Of a stretch of DNA of 64,000 bases, positions 31,737 to 41,918 are shown piece by piece. The translations under genes were made by a program, and so were the position numbers. This DNA comes from Spirochaetia bacterium (GTDB lineage: Bacteria > Spirochaetota > Spirochaetia > UBA9216). The stretch lies in contig CAXXYH010000003.1 in NCBI GenBank assembly GCA_963677925.2, positions 192,001 to 256,000 of the forward strand. The letters run 5' to 3'. How positions within the stretch are numbered: the first letter of the stretch is position 1; each line of letters begins with the position of its first letter. The notes below the pieces were generated by a model that was given only the letters and a program-made list of their open reading frames with translations, ran no database searches and was not told the DNA's origin.

Positions 31737-32720
31737 TCAGGCGTATATATCTGTATACATCTCTTCAAGAGACGGTTCTGGTGATGATTCTGCAAAATCA
31801 GCAGAGTCCTTTGAAATCTTCTGTGCTTCCTTATCGTAACTGCTGTATTCCTCTTCAGTGAGAAGTCCTTTATCCATCATTCTTGTTTTTAAAAGTATGA
31901 TGGGGTCACGCTCCCTGTATTCTTCAAGTTCTTCTTTAGTTCTGTATTTACCAGGATCACTCATAGAGTGTCCCTTATACCGGTAGGTTTTAATTTCAAG
32001 AAGTCCGGGTCCGGGATTCTTTTTAAGTTTATCAGCAAGTTCTTTAACTCCGGAATAAACTTCCAGCACATCCATGCCGTTCAGCTGTAATCCCTCAATG
32101 CCATATGATTTACCCATAACTGAAAAATCATCTACAGCTGATACCCTTCTGAAATCAGTCCCCATTCCATACTGATTATTTTCACAGATGTAAATCACCG
32201 GTAGATTATATATCTTTGCAAGGTTCACACTTTCATGAAAACTGCCCTGATGAATAGCACCGTCCCCGAAAAAGCATAAAACTACGCCTTTTTCCTTCCT
32301 GTATTTAATTTTAAATGCAGCCCCGGTAGCCACCGGAATCTGTCCTCCGACTATTCCGTTACCGCCGAACATATGCTTTTCAGCATCAAACATATGCATT
32401 GAGCCGCCCTTACCCTTACTGCATCCTGTAATTTTACCGTAAAGTTCTGCCATAATCGCATTCGGGTCCATTCCACAGGCAAGAGCATGCCCGTGATCCC
32501 TGTAAGCGGCAGCGATATAATCAGTTGATAAATCCAGAGCGGATATTGCACCAGTGGCAACAGCTTCTTCGCCTATGTATAAATGACAGAATCCTCCGAT
32601 TTTTCGAAGTCCGTACATTCTTGCGGCAACTTCCTCAAAGCGTCGTATAAGGAGCATCTCTTTAAGCAGGACGGTTAATAGTTTTTTATTTTTTTCAGTG
32701 AGTAATTTATCTGATGACAT
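31737..32720 (-). CDS. pdhA: pyruvate dehydrogenase E1 alpha subunit
   Basis: GFCHLYIGEEA, GKGGSMH, GDGA..ENN TPP motif, YRYKGHSMSDP. Confidence 0.96.
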   Translation of the reverse strand: MSSDKLLTEKNKKLLTVLLKEMLLIRRFEEVAARMYGLRKIGGFCHLYIGEEAVATGAISALDLSTDYIAAAYRDHGHALACGMDPNAIMAELYGKITGCSKGKGGSMHMFDAEKHMFGGNGIVGGQIPVATGAAFKIKYRKEKGVVLCFFGDGAIHQGSFHESVNLAKIYNLPVIYICENNQYGMGTDFRRVSAVDDFSVMGKSYGIEGLQLNGMDVLEVYSGVKELADKLKKNPGPGLLEIKTYRYKGHSMSDPGKYRTKEELEEYRERDPIILLKTRMMDKGLLTEEEYSSYDKEAQKISKDSADFAESSPEPSLEEMYTDIYA

Positions 32721-32730
32721 ATCTCCCCCT

Positions 32731-33168
32731 TCAGAAAGTAATTAGATATTTCTGGCTTTTAACAGGGGTAAAAACCGAAGCTTTGATAATCCTGCTCTCC
32801 AGAACGACTAGAGAAGAAGAATCTTTATTGACAGTCCAGAATGTATTAAGCCGTACCCCCATAGCCTGAAGGACTTCTGCTTCAACTGCCGGATTTTCCT
32901 GAATTGAAATTTCACAATCGACATTGATTATCAGATCGAGGGCTTTAGATTGAAACATCCACTGAACCTTATTATTATCTTTAATATCCGGTATTTTTGA
33001 AAACCTTGATGAAGTTACTGCATAGATATTATCACGGTCATTTTTTAGAAAAACCGGTGTCATCCAGCGCATTCCCGGAATATTTGACGAGCCTGCAGTT
33101 GCAAGTACTGCCGTGCCGGTATCATCGATTATTTTTTTTAATTTTATGATTACCTCATTTTTTTCCAT
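32731..33168 (-). CDS. pyridoxamine 5'-phosphate oxidase-like FMN-binding split-barrel protein
   Basis: AVLAT....P.MRWM, K...I..N.KV pattern; GGAG SD; first gene of the pdh cluster. Confidence 0.7.
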   Translation of the reverse strand: MEKNEVIIKLKKIIDDTGTAVLATAGSSNIPGMRWMTPVFLKNDRDNIYAVTSSRFSKIPDIKDNNKVQWMFQSKALDLIINVDCEISIQENPAVEAEVLQAMGVRLNTFWTVNKDSSSLVVLESRIIKASVFTPVKSQKYLITF

Positions 33169-33249
33169 TTAACATGCTCCTTATTTAAATGATAAGAACA
33201 AGTATTTATGAGGTCAAATTTTATTTGCAGATATATTGAGTATGAATTT

Positions 33250-33277
33250 AAAAAGCCGCTCCTTTCCGGAACGGCTT
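33250..33277 (-). terminator. intrinsic terminator after citrate synthase
   Basis: Minus strand AAGCCGTTCC-GGAAA-GGAGCGGCTT followed by TTT. Confidence 0.65.
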
Positions 33278-33295
33278 CGGTATAAAAAACTGCGA

Positions 33296-34648
33296 TTAAA
33301 CTCTATCTTTAAGAGGTATATAGGGTTTCGAACGCGAAACATTCTTGTATGCCGGACGCATAATCTTACCGCCCTTAACAAGTTCTTCAATCCGGTGTGC
33401 ACACCAGCCTGAAATTCTTGCAATTGCAAATATAGGTGTAAACAGTTCTGTCGGAATGTTAAGCATACTGTAAACAAAGCCTGAATAGAAATCTACATTA
33501 GCGCTTACAGGTTTGTCAGAACCCTTGAATTCTTTAAATGCCTCTGAACCAAGTCTTTCAACAGCTTCATAAAGCCTGAATTCTTCAAGCATGCCGGTTT
33601 CTTTTGCAAGCATTTCCGCTTTCTTCTTAAGCAGCAGCGCGCGCGGATCTGAAATAGTATATACGGCATGCCCCAGTCCGTAGATTAGGCCTGAATTATC
33701 AAAAGCCTTTTTATTCAGAATTTTTACAAGATGAGCTTTTACCTCTTCGTCATCACTCCAGTTTTTAACATTGCTCTTTATATCATCGAACATGTCATGA
33801 ACTTTAATATTGGCACCGCCGTGTCTATCACCTTTTAGGGAACCGATACCGGCAGATATTGCAGAATATGTATCAGTACTGGCAGAAGATACTACATGGA
33901 TAGTAAAAGCAGAGTTATTTCCACCTCCGTGCTCTGCATGCAGGACCAGACAAAGATCGAGAAGTTCAGCCTCAAGCTGTGAATATTTTCTATCAGGACG
34001 AATGAGCATAAGAAAATTCTCAGCAGTGGAAAGTGCCGGATCCGGAGTATGCAGAAACAGACTCTTCTGATCATAATATCTTCGTTTAGCCTGATAGGAA
34101 TGAGCAACAATTGTCGGGAATCTTGCAATCAGATTGATGGACTGTTTTAGAACATTTCCGATTGACTGATCCTCAGAATTTTCATCAAAAGAATAATGTG
34201 CAAGAACACTTCTTGCAAGTTTATTCATAATATTTGCGCTCGGCGTATTGAGAATCATATCCTCTGTAAAGTTTTTTGGAAGACTTCTCAGTGAACCAAG
34301 GTAGTCATAGAAAAGTTTGTAATCTTCCTGACTTGGTAATTCTCCGAAAAGCAGCAGATAGACAACCTCTTCAAAGCCGGGCCGGTTCTCTTTCTGAAAA
34401 CCATCTACCAGATCTTTTACATCGATACCCCTGTATTTTAAACGGCCTTCTACCGGCACTTTCTCACTTTCATCCATGATGTATCCGTGAACATCACCTA
34501 TTTCAGTCAATCCAACCAGTACGCCTGAGCCGTCTGAGTTTCTAAGTCCCCTTTTAACATTATACTTGTTATAATGTTCCGGAGAGATAGTGTTATTCTC
34601 TGTAGCGATTCGGACATATCGATCCATATTTTCATTATCTAAGATCAT
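33296..34648 (-). CDS. gltA: citrate synthase (Si-type, citrate/2-methylcitrate synthase family)
   Basis: LHAEHGGGNNS, G.RHGGAN, GLGHAVY..SDPR, ANVDFYSG, ARISGW. Confidence 0.92.
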   Translation of the reverse strand: MILDNENMDRYVRIATENNTISPEHYNKYNVKRGLRNSDGSGVLVGLTEIGDVHGYIMDESEKVPVEGRLKYRGIDVKDLVDGFQKENRPGFEEVVYLLLFGELPSQEDYKLFYDYLGSLRSLPKNFTEDMILNTPSANIMNKLARSVLAHYSFDENSEDQSIGNVLKQSINLIARFPTIVAHSYQAKRRYYDQKSLFLHTPDPALSTAENFLMLIRPDRKYSQLEAELLDLCLVLHAEHGGGNNSAFTIHVVSSASTDTYSAISAGIGSLKGDRHGGANIKVHDMFDDIKSNVKNWSDDEEVKAHLVKILNKKAFDNSGLIYGLGHAVYTISDPRALLLKKKAEMLAKETGMLEEFRLYEAVERLGSEAFKEFKGSDKPVSANVDFYSGFVYSMLNIPTELFTPIFAIARISGWCAHRIEELVKGGKIMRPAYKNVSRSKPYIPLKDRV

Positions 34649-34734
34649 TGTGTTACCTCTTTTATGTGATGTGCGGAATCGTATAATATTAATACGTTTT
34701 TACTGATATAATCAAGCTAAAAATGCATTTTTAA

Positions 34735-35406
34735 CTAAACACGTATATAGTATAATTCTTTTATCAAATGATTCTTTTTAAGGCCTTTTCTTTCAAATCC
34801 GGTTTCCGGACGCCAGCTGATATTCTCGGCCCATTTTTCGAATGAATTTTCAAGATCTGTATTTCTTTCAAAAACTTCAAACATTTGGTCGGCATAATCT
34901 TCCCAGTCGGTAGCAGTATAAATATAACCGCCTTTTTTAAGTCTTGAAACGAGCAGTTTTGTAAAATCATCATTTATCAGACGTCTTTTCTGATGCTTTT
35001 TTTTGGGCCATGGGTCCGGGAAAAATATATGAAATCCATCTACAGATTCTTCATTGAACATAGTATTCAGGACCTGAACCGCGTCATATTTAATGATTCT
35101 AAGGTTCTGCAGCCCACGCTTTTCTATTTCTGAAAGAAGCTTTCCCACTCCGGGAGTATGAACTTCAATTCCCAGATATGCTTTTTCGGGATTTTTTTCA
35201 GCGATCTCCGCTGTAGCTGTCCCCATTCCGAAACCAATTTCAATGCAGAGAGATGATGGATCTCCAAATATCCGGTTTACATCAAGCTCAGCTCCGAATT
35301 CAATGCTGTATTTTTTATAATGTTTTTCATAAGCTTCCCGCTGCAGGGGACTCATCCTTCCTGCACGTATAACATAGCTTTTTATATTACGTCTGTCTGC
35401 TTCCAA
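34735..35406 (-). CDS. trmB: tRNA (guanine-N7)-methyltransferase
   Basis: EIGFGMG, GIEVH.PGV, FFPDPWPKKKH.KRR, ATDW; TTG start. Confidence 0.96.
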   Translation of the reverse strand: MEADRRNIKSYVIRAGRMSPLQREAYEKHYKKYSIEFGAELDVNRIFGDPSSLCIEIGFGMGTATAEIAEKNPEKAYLGIEVHTPGVGKLLSEIEKRGLQNLRIIKYDAVQVLNTMFNEESVDGFHIFFPDPWPKKKHQKRRLINDDFTKLLVSRLKKGGYIYTATDWEDYADQMFEVFERNTDLENSFEKWAENISWRPETGFERKGLKKNHLIKELYYIRV

Positions 35407-35419
35407 TTCACGCTTCCGT

Positions 35420-38400
35420 TTACATAAGTATGGAAAGCCGTTCTCTAATGAACTCGGCTTTTTCTGAAAGATTTATAGATTCTGTTTTAATTATCAGTTC
35501 ATTCATCTTTTTATGATTTATAGTAACTTTTCCGCCGCTCTCCACAATAAGCCTGGCGACCTTGTCCGGATTTATAACTCGTACATACGCGAATTCCACC
35601 CTAATCTGACCTGCTCTCTCTCTGATAGCTGATATATGAAGCTTTCTGGACATAGCCTTTATATCTGCTATAGCAAGAAGATTAAGAACTTCCTCGGGGA
35701 GTGGTCCAAACCGGTCTTCAAGTTCCTGCTGAACCCCGGCAAGCTCTTCATCAGTCTGTACCGACGCAATCTTTTTATAAACTTCCATCTTTTCGACTGA
35801 TTCTGATATGTAGCTGTCAGGAATGAATCCGGAATAGTCGAGCTCAAGAAATACTTCAGGAGCCCTGGGTTCGGCGGAAGCTTCAGACCTTTCAGAAACG
35901 GCTTCATCCAGAATCTTCATATACATATCAAAGCCGACCGACATGATGTCTCCGCTCTGCTGCCTGCCCAGAAGATTTCCGGCACCCCGGATTTCCATAT
36001 CCTTCATGGCTATCTTGAAACCTGAACCGAGTTCTGTTAAGTCTGAAATAACCTGAAGCCTTTTCATTGCTATTTCGGACAGTGCACGCTGATCGGGATA
36101 AAGGAGATATGCATAGGAGGTCTTGTTTGAACGCCCTACACGCCCCCTCAGCTGATACAGCTGGGATATTCCATAGTTATCGGCTCTGTCGATAATTATT
36201 GTATTTACATTCGGTATGTCTATACCGTTTTCTATAATGGTAGTAGCTATTAGAACATGGAAAGCGCCATGAATAAACCGGTGCATTACATCTTCAAGCT
36301 CGCTGCTTGACATCTGCCCGTGCGCTGTTTCAACCATCACCTCAGGAACAACACGGCTTAGAAACATCTGCACCTGTTCCAGGGTTTCCACCCTGTTATG
36401 AAGGTAGAAAACCTGTCCGCCGCGGTCTGTTTCTTTCCTGATGGCTGCAGCGATGACTTCATCATCGAACTCGCGTATGAATGTTTCGATCGGACGGCGA
36501 TTATGCGGCGCTGTTGTAAGCAGAGACATATCACGTATTTTCAGCAATGACATATGAAGAGTTCTGGGTATTGGAGTTGCTGATAAGGCGAGTGAATCAA
36601 TATTGGTTTTAAGCTGCTTTAATTTTTCCTTGTCCTTAACCCCGAAGCGCTGCTCTTCATCTATAATCAAAAGGCCGATATTTTTATATTTAACATCCTT
36701 CTGAAGTATTCTGTGCGTACCGATCAGGATATCGATTTCACCGTCTGCCAGCCTTTTAAGAACTTCACGCTGCTTTTTGGGAGGCACAAACCTTGATACC
36801 ATATCAATTTCTACAGGGAATCTTTCAAAACGTTCCACGAAGTTCTCATAATGCTGTTCCGCAAGTATAGTTGTCGGGGCCAGAAAGGCCACCTGCTTTC
36901 CGCCGATAACAGCCTTCATAGCCGCCCTCATTGCGACTTCGGTCTTTCCGTAGCCGACATCTCCGCAGACAAGTCTGTCCATTGGCGTAGGACTCTCCAT
37001 ATCGACTTTTATATCATCAATACAGCTTAACTGATCATCAGTTTCCTGATATGGAAAGGCTGCCTCGAATTCAATCTGCCAGTCAGTATCCTTAGGAAAG
37101 GCATATCCCACAGCTTCTTTCCGTTCTGAATAAAGCTGTATAAGCATGTCGGCAAGATCTTCAACAGACTTCTTAACCTTATTTTTGCGGTTTTCCCAGG
37201 CTTTGCCGCCTATTCTGTCAAGTGAAGGGTCTCTGCCCTCATTTCCGATATACCTCTGTATGAGGTTAACCTGTTCGATTGGAATAAAAACAGTTTCGGC
37301 ATCAGCATATTCTATTTTTATATAATCTCTTTCGGTTTTTTTAGTGCTTACTCGCTGTATACCCTTAAAAAGGCCGATACCGTAGTTAACATGTACAACA
37401 AAATCACCGGGATTAAGATCAACAAAGGTGTCAATTGCTTCGCTTTTTGCCTTTTTAACCGATGATGGAAGTTTTTTCCGTCTGCCGAATATTTCGCTTT
37501 CAGCTATAGTGATAATCTTCAGTTCGGGTATAGAAAAACCGGCACTTATACCGGAAGCAATAACTTCAACTTTCTGCTCTTTAAGAAGATATCTTATTCT
37601 TTCCGCCTGGGATTCAGATTCAGCGAAGATAAATACTGAATAACCGGCGGCAGAAAGTGATTTAAGTTCCTCGCGAAAATAAGAGATATTTCCAAAGAAA
37701 GCCCTCGGCCCCGTATACTCAAGGTCAATACGCTGATCTTTCTTTTCCGGATCACGGATATTGGAAAAAATAACCTTTTTTTCGGTTTTTTCGATTATTT
37801 CATCATAATCCAGAAGCAGTTCAGAAGGATGGGGATAAAATGCTGCATCCTTCTGATCTTCCACATTTCTTGTTTCAGCATAAAGCTTGTTGTATTCCTT
37901 CCTTAACTGAGTATAAACTCTGCCGAGGTTTTCTTCACCTGAGAAAACCGTAATACCGTCAGGAGGATTAAAATCTGAAAGCCGGGCCTGATATTCAAAA
38001 CTCAACGGAAAGAGAAGTTCTTCGTAATCTATGGTCCGGTTCTGTTCCAGTATTTCAAAGAGACTGTCAAGGCTTTCTATATTTCCATACTCACGGTTTA
38101 AAAATCTGGCCTTAAGCCCCAGGATGCGTTCATCTGTCCAGACAATTTCCTTGACCGGAATTATCCTGAGCTTTTTTAGTTTTGCGAGTGATTTTTGAGT
38201 AAGGACATCGAAAGATTTAATCTCTTCGATTTCATCGAATTCAAATACAATACGAACCGGATTTTCATTTCCGGCAATAAAAATATCGAGAACCTCACCC
38301 CTCAGGGCAAATTCCCCGTGCATGCTTACTCTGGGAACTCTTAAATAGCCATAGCTGACGAGCTTTTTCTCAAGCTCAACAGTGTCTATGTTATCTCCGC

Positions 38401-38839
38401 TCTTAATATTAATTGCAAGATTTCTGATATATTCAGGCGGGGGAAGCGGAGTCAAATAATTACGTACCGAAGCGGCGATAATATTGCTGCCGCCATCAAG
38501 CATTTCGGACATTATTTCAATTCGTTCACCGAAAAGCGATACTGGTATCGAACCGTGCTGATAAACGCGCTTATTCCAACCGCTGAAAGTAATAAGATTA
38601 CTGCCTAGAACTTCAAGATCCCTGTTAAGTGTTTCACATTCACGTTCATCAGCAGTAACAATTACCATATTGCGGCCGGTAATTTCAGATATAAGGGCAA
38701 GAACAACAGCTTTAAAAAAGCCGTCAGCCCATTCAAGGTTTACCGGATAATTTTCTTCCTGAATATTTTCAAGTAAATCTTTAAATGGTTTGTAATCTTT
38801 GAGTTTTTCATTTATTGTATTTAAGAATAAATTTATCAT
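35420..38839 (-). CDS. mfd: transcription-repair coupling factor
   Basis: RID domain (VVHVNYGIG), CGDVGYGKTE, DEEQRFG, SATPIPRTL, QLYQLRGRVGRS, TRCF domain. Confidence 0.98.
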   Translation of the reverse strand: MINLFLNTINEKLKDYKPFKDLLENIQEENYPVNLEWADGFFKAVVLALISEITGRNMVIVTADERECETLNRDLEVLGSNLITFSGWNKRVYQHGSIPVSLFGERIEIMSEMLDGGSNIIAASVRNYLTPLPPPEYIRNLAINIKSGDNIDTVELEKKLVSYGYLRVPRVSMHGEFALRGEVLDIFIAGNENPVRIVFEFDEIEEIKSFDVLTQKSLAKLKKLRIIPVKEIVWTDERILGLKARFLNREYGNIESLDSLFEILEQNRTIDYEELLFPLSFEYQARLSDFNPPDGITVFSGEENLGRVYTQLRKEYNKLYAETRNVEDQKDAAFYPHPSELLLDYDEIIEKTEKKVIFSNIRDPEKKDQRIDLEYTGPRAFFGNISYFREELKSLSAAGYSVFIFAESESQAERIRYLLKEQKVEVIASGISAGFSIPELKIITIAESEIFGRRKKLPSSVKKAKSEAIDTFVDLNPGDFVVHVNYGIGLFKGIQRVSTKKTERDYIKIEYADAETVFIPIEQVNLIQRYIGNEGRDPSLDRIGGKAWENRKNKVKKSVEDLADMLIQLYSERKEAVGYAFPKDTDWQIEFEAAFPYQETDDQLSCIDDIKVDMESPTPMDRLVCGDVGYGKTEVAMRAAMKAVIGGKQVAFLAPTTILAEQHYENFVERFERFPVEIDMVSRFVPPKKQREVLKRLADGEIDILIGTHRILQKDVKYKNIGLLIIDEEQRFGVKDKEKLKQLKTNIDSLALSATPIPRTLHMSLLKIRDMSLLTTAPHNRRPIETFIREFDDEVIAAAIRKETDRGGQVFYLHNRVETLEQVQMFLSRVVPEVMVETAHGQMSSSELEDVMHRFIHGAFHVLIATTIIENGIDIPNVNTIIIDRADNYGISQLYQLRGRVGRSNKTSYAYLLYPDQRALSEIAMKRLQVISDLTELGSGFKIAMKDMEIRGAGNLLGRQQSGDIMSVGFDMYMKILDEAVSERSEASAEPRAPEVFLELDYSGFIPDSYISESVEKMEVYKKIASVQTDEELAGVQQELEDRFGPLPEEVLNLLAIADIKAMSRKLHISAIRERAGQIRVEFAYVRVINPDKVARLIVESGGKVTINHKKMNELIIKTESINLSEKAEFIRERLSILM

Positions 38840-38884
38840 CAATTATACCGAAAATTAGATTAAGATCTGTTTGGAGTTGAAAAA

Positions 38885-39826
38885 TTGAAAAAAACAATCT
38901 TTCCAGTTGCATTATTCCTGTTATTCTCCGTTGCATTACCTGTGTTTTCACAGCAGGTTGAATTGAACATCAGATATTACGACAAGAAAATATACTATAC
39001 TGACAGTTCTGTAATGATAAAGATAGAAATCGTAAATAATAGTCCGGATACCTTCAGATTCAAATCATCAGAATTGCGATGTTTTAACTTTGAATTTGAT
39101 GTCAGGACTCTTACCAATAAGGCTCTTAATCATTCAGCAGAATTTATCACGGATAGAAACACTAATCAACAGGTTTTCTTCAGGGAAGTAAGTCTCGAGC
39201 CCGGTGAAAGCTATTCAGTTGTAGAAGATCTTTCCTATTTTGCAGAAATGAATGAAGCCGGCGTATATATTGTTAATACAAGATTTTATCCTGATCTTTA
39301 CTCAAGTCCAAAATCATCATACATGGTTTCAAACAATCTGACTCTCAACCTGAGACCTGCTGCAGCATCCGCTACAATTCAGGATATGATCGATTACGAA
39401 ACAGGCGAAATAATAAAAGCCTCTCCAATACCTCCCGATGAAGTTGTTGAATACATGCTAAGTTCAAGACAGAAAAGCCAGTGGAATAAATTCCTCTTAT
39501 ATATAGATCTCGAAGGATTGTACCTGAGGAGCCAGACTAATTCTGAACGCTACAGAAGGCTCTCTCAGAAAGACAGGATCCTTGAGATTGACCGATACAG
39601 GGATTTGCTTAAACAGGAAATTGTCGATACCGATATCGTAATGATTCCCTGGGAATACAAAATAATGAGGACTTCGTATACAGATTATGAAGCCGAAGTA
39701 AAGGTAACCGAGAAGTTTAAATTTGCCGATTTTACTGAAATCAAAGAATATAATTATTATCTTCACCGTGATAACGGCATATGGTATATTTATGATTACG
39801 ACGTTAGGAATATGGGTACTGAATGA
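38885..39826 (+). CDS. secreted hypothetical protein
   Basis: TTG start after GGAG; signal peptide (..PVFS-Q); beta-rich N-terminal half and an NTF2-like-looking C-terminus (Y.LHRDNGIWYIYDY). Confidence 0.75.
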   Translation: MKKTIFPVALFLLFSVALPVFSQQVELNIRYYDKKIYYTDSSVMIKIEIVNNSPDTFRFKSSELRCFNFEFDVRTLTNKALNHSAEFITDRNTNQQVFFREVSLEPGESYSVVEDLSYFAEMNEAGVYIVNTRFYPDLYSSPKSSYMVSNNLTLNLRPAAASATIQDMIDYETGEIIKASPIPPDEVVEYMLSSRQKSQWNKFLLYIDLEGLYLRSQTNSERYRRLSQKDRILEIDRYRDLLKQEIVDTDIVMIPWEYKIMRTSYTDYEAEVKVTEKFKFADFTEIKEYNYYLHRDNGIWYIYDYDVRNMGTE

Positions 39827-40560
39827 AACTGCTTCTCGTAACCGACAAAGAAGAGACTCGCAACAAGTTCATTGGTCATTTCGAAAAATTAGGATATGAC
39901 CTGATCTTTTATAATAACCCTCTCAAGGCGATGGATAACCTTACAGAAATCTCACCCGATGCAGTTCTTTTTAACTCAGAGGACTTTCCCAGACACTGGA
40001 AGCCCTTCCTCCAGGTTTTAAGGCAGCTTTTTGAAAGAGAAAAATCAGTTTTTGTTATTCTTAAGGGTGAATCATTTGATGAAGAAGAGGCCATGAAAGC
40101 CGGCAGCCTTGGTGTAAATGCCGTTATTTCTGAGTCTTTTGAAAACCAGGAAGAAATGGTTCAGCTTGAGAATATCCTTGCAAGATATATAATTCACAAT
40201 GATCTGAGAGGTCCCAGACGTTTCAGTACCACAAAGTTTGAAGATGTTGAGTTTCTTTTTAACCACCCCGAAAACTATTCCCTTTTAACCGGACAGGTTA
40301 TTGATTTATCCTTCGACGGGTTGAAATTCAGCCCTGATAGTCCTCAGCTCTGTGCCGATATAAAGGAAGGTACTGATATGCCGGCATGTTCACTGAGATT
40401 CGGTGAATTCGTCTGTTCTGTTGGAGTCAGGGTTATAAGAAACAATAAAACTATCAGTTTCAGATTTTCTTCTTTCGATGAAGCCGACAGGGACTGCTTT
40501 ATTGATTTTCTTGATAATCTTGCTTATAAGAACCTTGCACTCACCAAAGATTCAGAATGA
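39823..40560 (+). CDS. pseudo-receiver + PilZ domain protein (c-di-GMP receptor)
   Basis: Receiver-like N-terminus with Asn at the expected phospho-Asp position (DAVLFN); PilZ motifs RGPRR (RxxxR) and DLSFDG (DxSxxG). Confidence 0.8.
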   Translation: MKLLLVTDKEETRNKFIGHFEKLGYDLIFYNNPLKAMDNLTEISPDAVLFNSEDFPRHWKPFLQVLRQLFEREKSVFVILKGESFDEEEAMKAGSLGVNAVISESFENQEEMVQLENILARYIIHNDLRGPRRFSTTKFEDVEFLFNHPENYSLLTGQVIDLSFDGLKFSPDSPQLCADIKEGTDMPACSLRFGEFVCSVGVRVIRNNKTISFRFSSFDEADRDCFIDFLDNLAYKNLALTKDSE

Positions 40561-41522
40561 GTATCAGATGCGGTATTTGTCCGCACAACTGTCTATTAGA
40601 AGAAAATAAATTCGGGATTTGCGGAACAAGAAAATTAAAAAATAATGAAATAGAACTTCCCTTTTACGGGCTTATATCAGCTGCCGCTATCGATCCTGTA
40701 GAAAAGAAACCTCTGTATCACTTCCACCCTTCAAAGACTGTATTTTCAGTTGGATTCTTCGGATGCAGTCTTTCCTGCCCCTTCTGCCAGAATCATTCTA
40801 TTTCAAAGGATTTTAAAACCCGTATATCCTCAGGCAGTTTCTATAAACCCGAAGAACTTATAAGTAAAGCTGCTGATAGCGGAAGTTTCGGGATTGCCTA
40901 CACCTACAGTGAACCTTTAATTCATTTTGAATATCTTTTTGATTGTATGAAACTTGCAAAAAAACGGGGCTTAAAAAATATACTTGTCACAAACGGCTAT
41001 ATAAATGAAACACCTGGTAACAAACTTTTAGAATATACTGACGCCCTTAATATTGACCTTAAAAGTTTTGATGAAGATTTCTATAAACAGGAACTCAAAG
41101 GAAAACTTGAACCTGTATTAAATTTTATACAGAAAGCTGCATCCAGGGTTCATATAGAGGTTACTACTCTTATTATTCCAGGGAAAAACGATTCCGAGGA
41201 GGAGATCCTGCAGTGTGCAGATTTTCTTTCATCAATCAACCCGGGTATTCCGTATCATTTATCAGCCTACTATCCTTCTTATAAATATTATATCAACCCG
41301 ACCGATCCTCGAGATTTGATGAAACTTGCTGAGGCAGCATCAGCTAAACTTGATTTTGTTTACACCGGAAATATATACGGAGGACAGCAGGATACTTTTT
41401 GCTCCTCATGCGGAAATTTACTTATCAAGCGTTCCGGATACAAAACATTATTACAAGGCATCTCCGGCGACAAATGTTCAGCCTGCGGTATTGATCTTAA
41501 TACTATAAATATCCATATTTAG
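40557..41522 (+). CDS. amrS: AmmeMemoRadiSam system radical SAM enzyme
   Basis: CGICPHNC, DPVEKKPLYHF, CSLSCPFCQN, AYTYSEP, C-terminal CxxC...CxxC. Confidence 0.92.
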   Translation: MSIRCGICPHNCLLEENKFGICGTRKLKNNEIELPFYGLISAAAIDPVEKKPLYHFHPSKTVFSVGFFGCSLSCPFCQNHSISKDFKTRISSGSFYKPEELISKAADSGSFGIAYTYSEPLIHFEYLFDCMKLAKKRGLKNILVTNGYINETPGNKLLEYTDALNIDLKSFDEDFYKQELKGKLEPVLNFIQKAASRVHIEVTTLIIPGKNDSEEEILQCADFLSSINPGIPYHLSAYYPSYKYYINPTDPRDLMKLAEAASAKLDFVYTGNIYGGQQDTFCSSCGNLLIKRSGYKTLLQGISGDKCSACGIDLNTINIHI

Positions 41523-41525
41523 TTC

Positions 41526-41918
41526 ATGTCTTTTTTTGATTCAGAAAATCACTGGAAATGGCGCTATGAAGCAGCCGAAGAAATTGCAGCAGGTATAACT
41601 TCAGATTTTAATGTTAAGGGTTTTTATATTTTCGGGAGTTCCAAGAATGCAGACAGCGGACCGGCTAGCGATATAGATTTGATTATACATATTGCAGGAG
41701 AAAGGGTCAGCAGTAAGCTGGAGCTTTATTTGAATACCTGGAGTCATGCTTTGGATTATATGAACTCTCTGCGGACCGGAATTAAAACCGGTGGCTTGCT
41801 GGATATTCATTATATTACTGACAGCGATGTTGAAAAACGTGACAGTTTTGCAATAAAAATTGATGCAGTCAGTGACGGCGCACATAAACTTCCACTAAAA
41901 GGAAATGTTGATGAGTAA
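41526..41918 (+). CDS. minimal nucleotidyltransferase (Pol-beta superfamily)
   Basis: FYIFGS..N...GP.SDIDL and a third Asp in LLDIH; 130 aa. Confidence 0.85.
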   Translation: MSFFDSENHWKWRYEAAEEIAAGITSDFNVKGFYIFGSSKNADSGPASDIDLIIHIAGERVSSKLELYLNTWSHALDYMNSLRTGIKTGGLLDIHYITDSDVEKRDSFAIKIDAVSDGAHKLPLKGNVDE

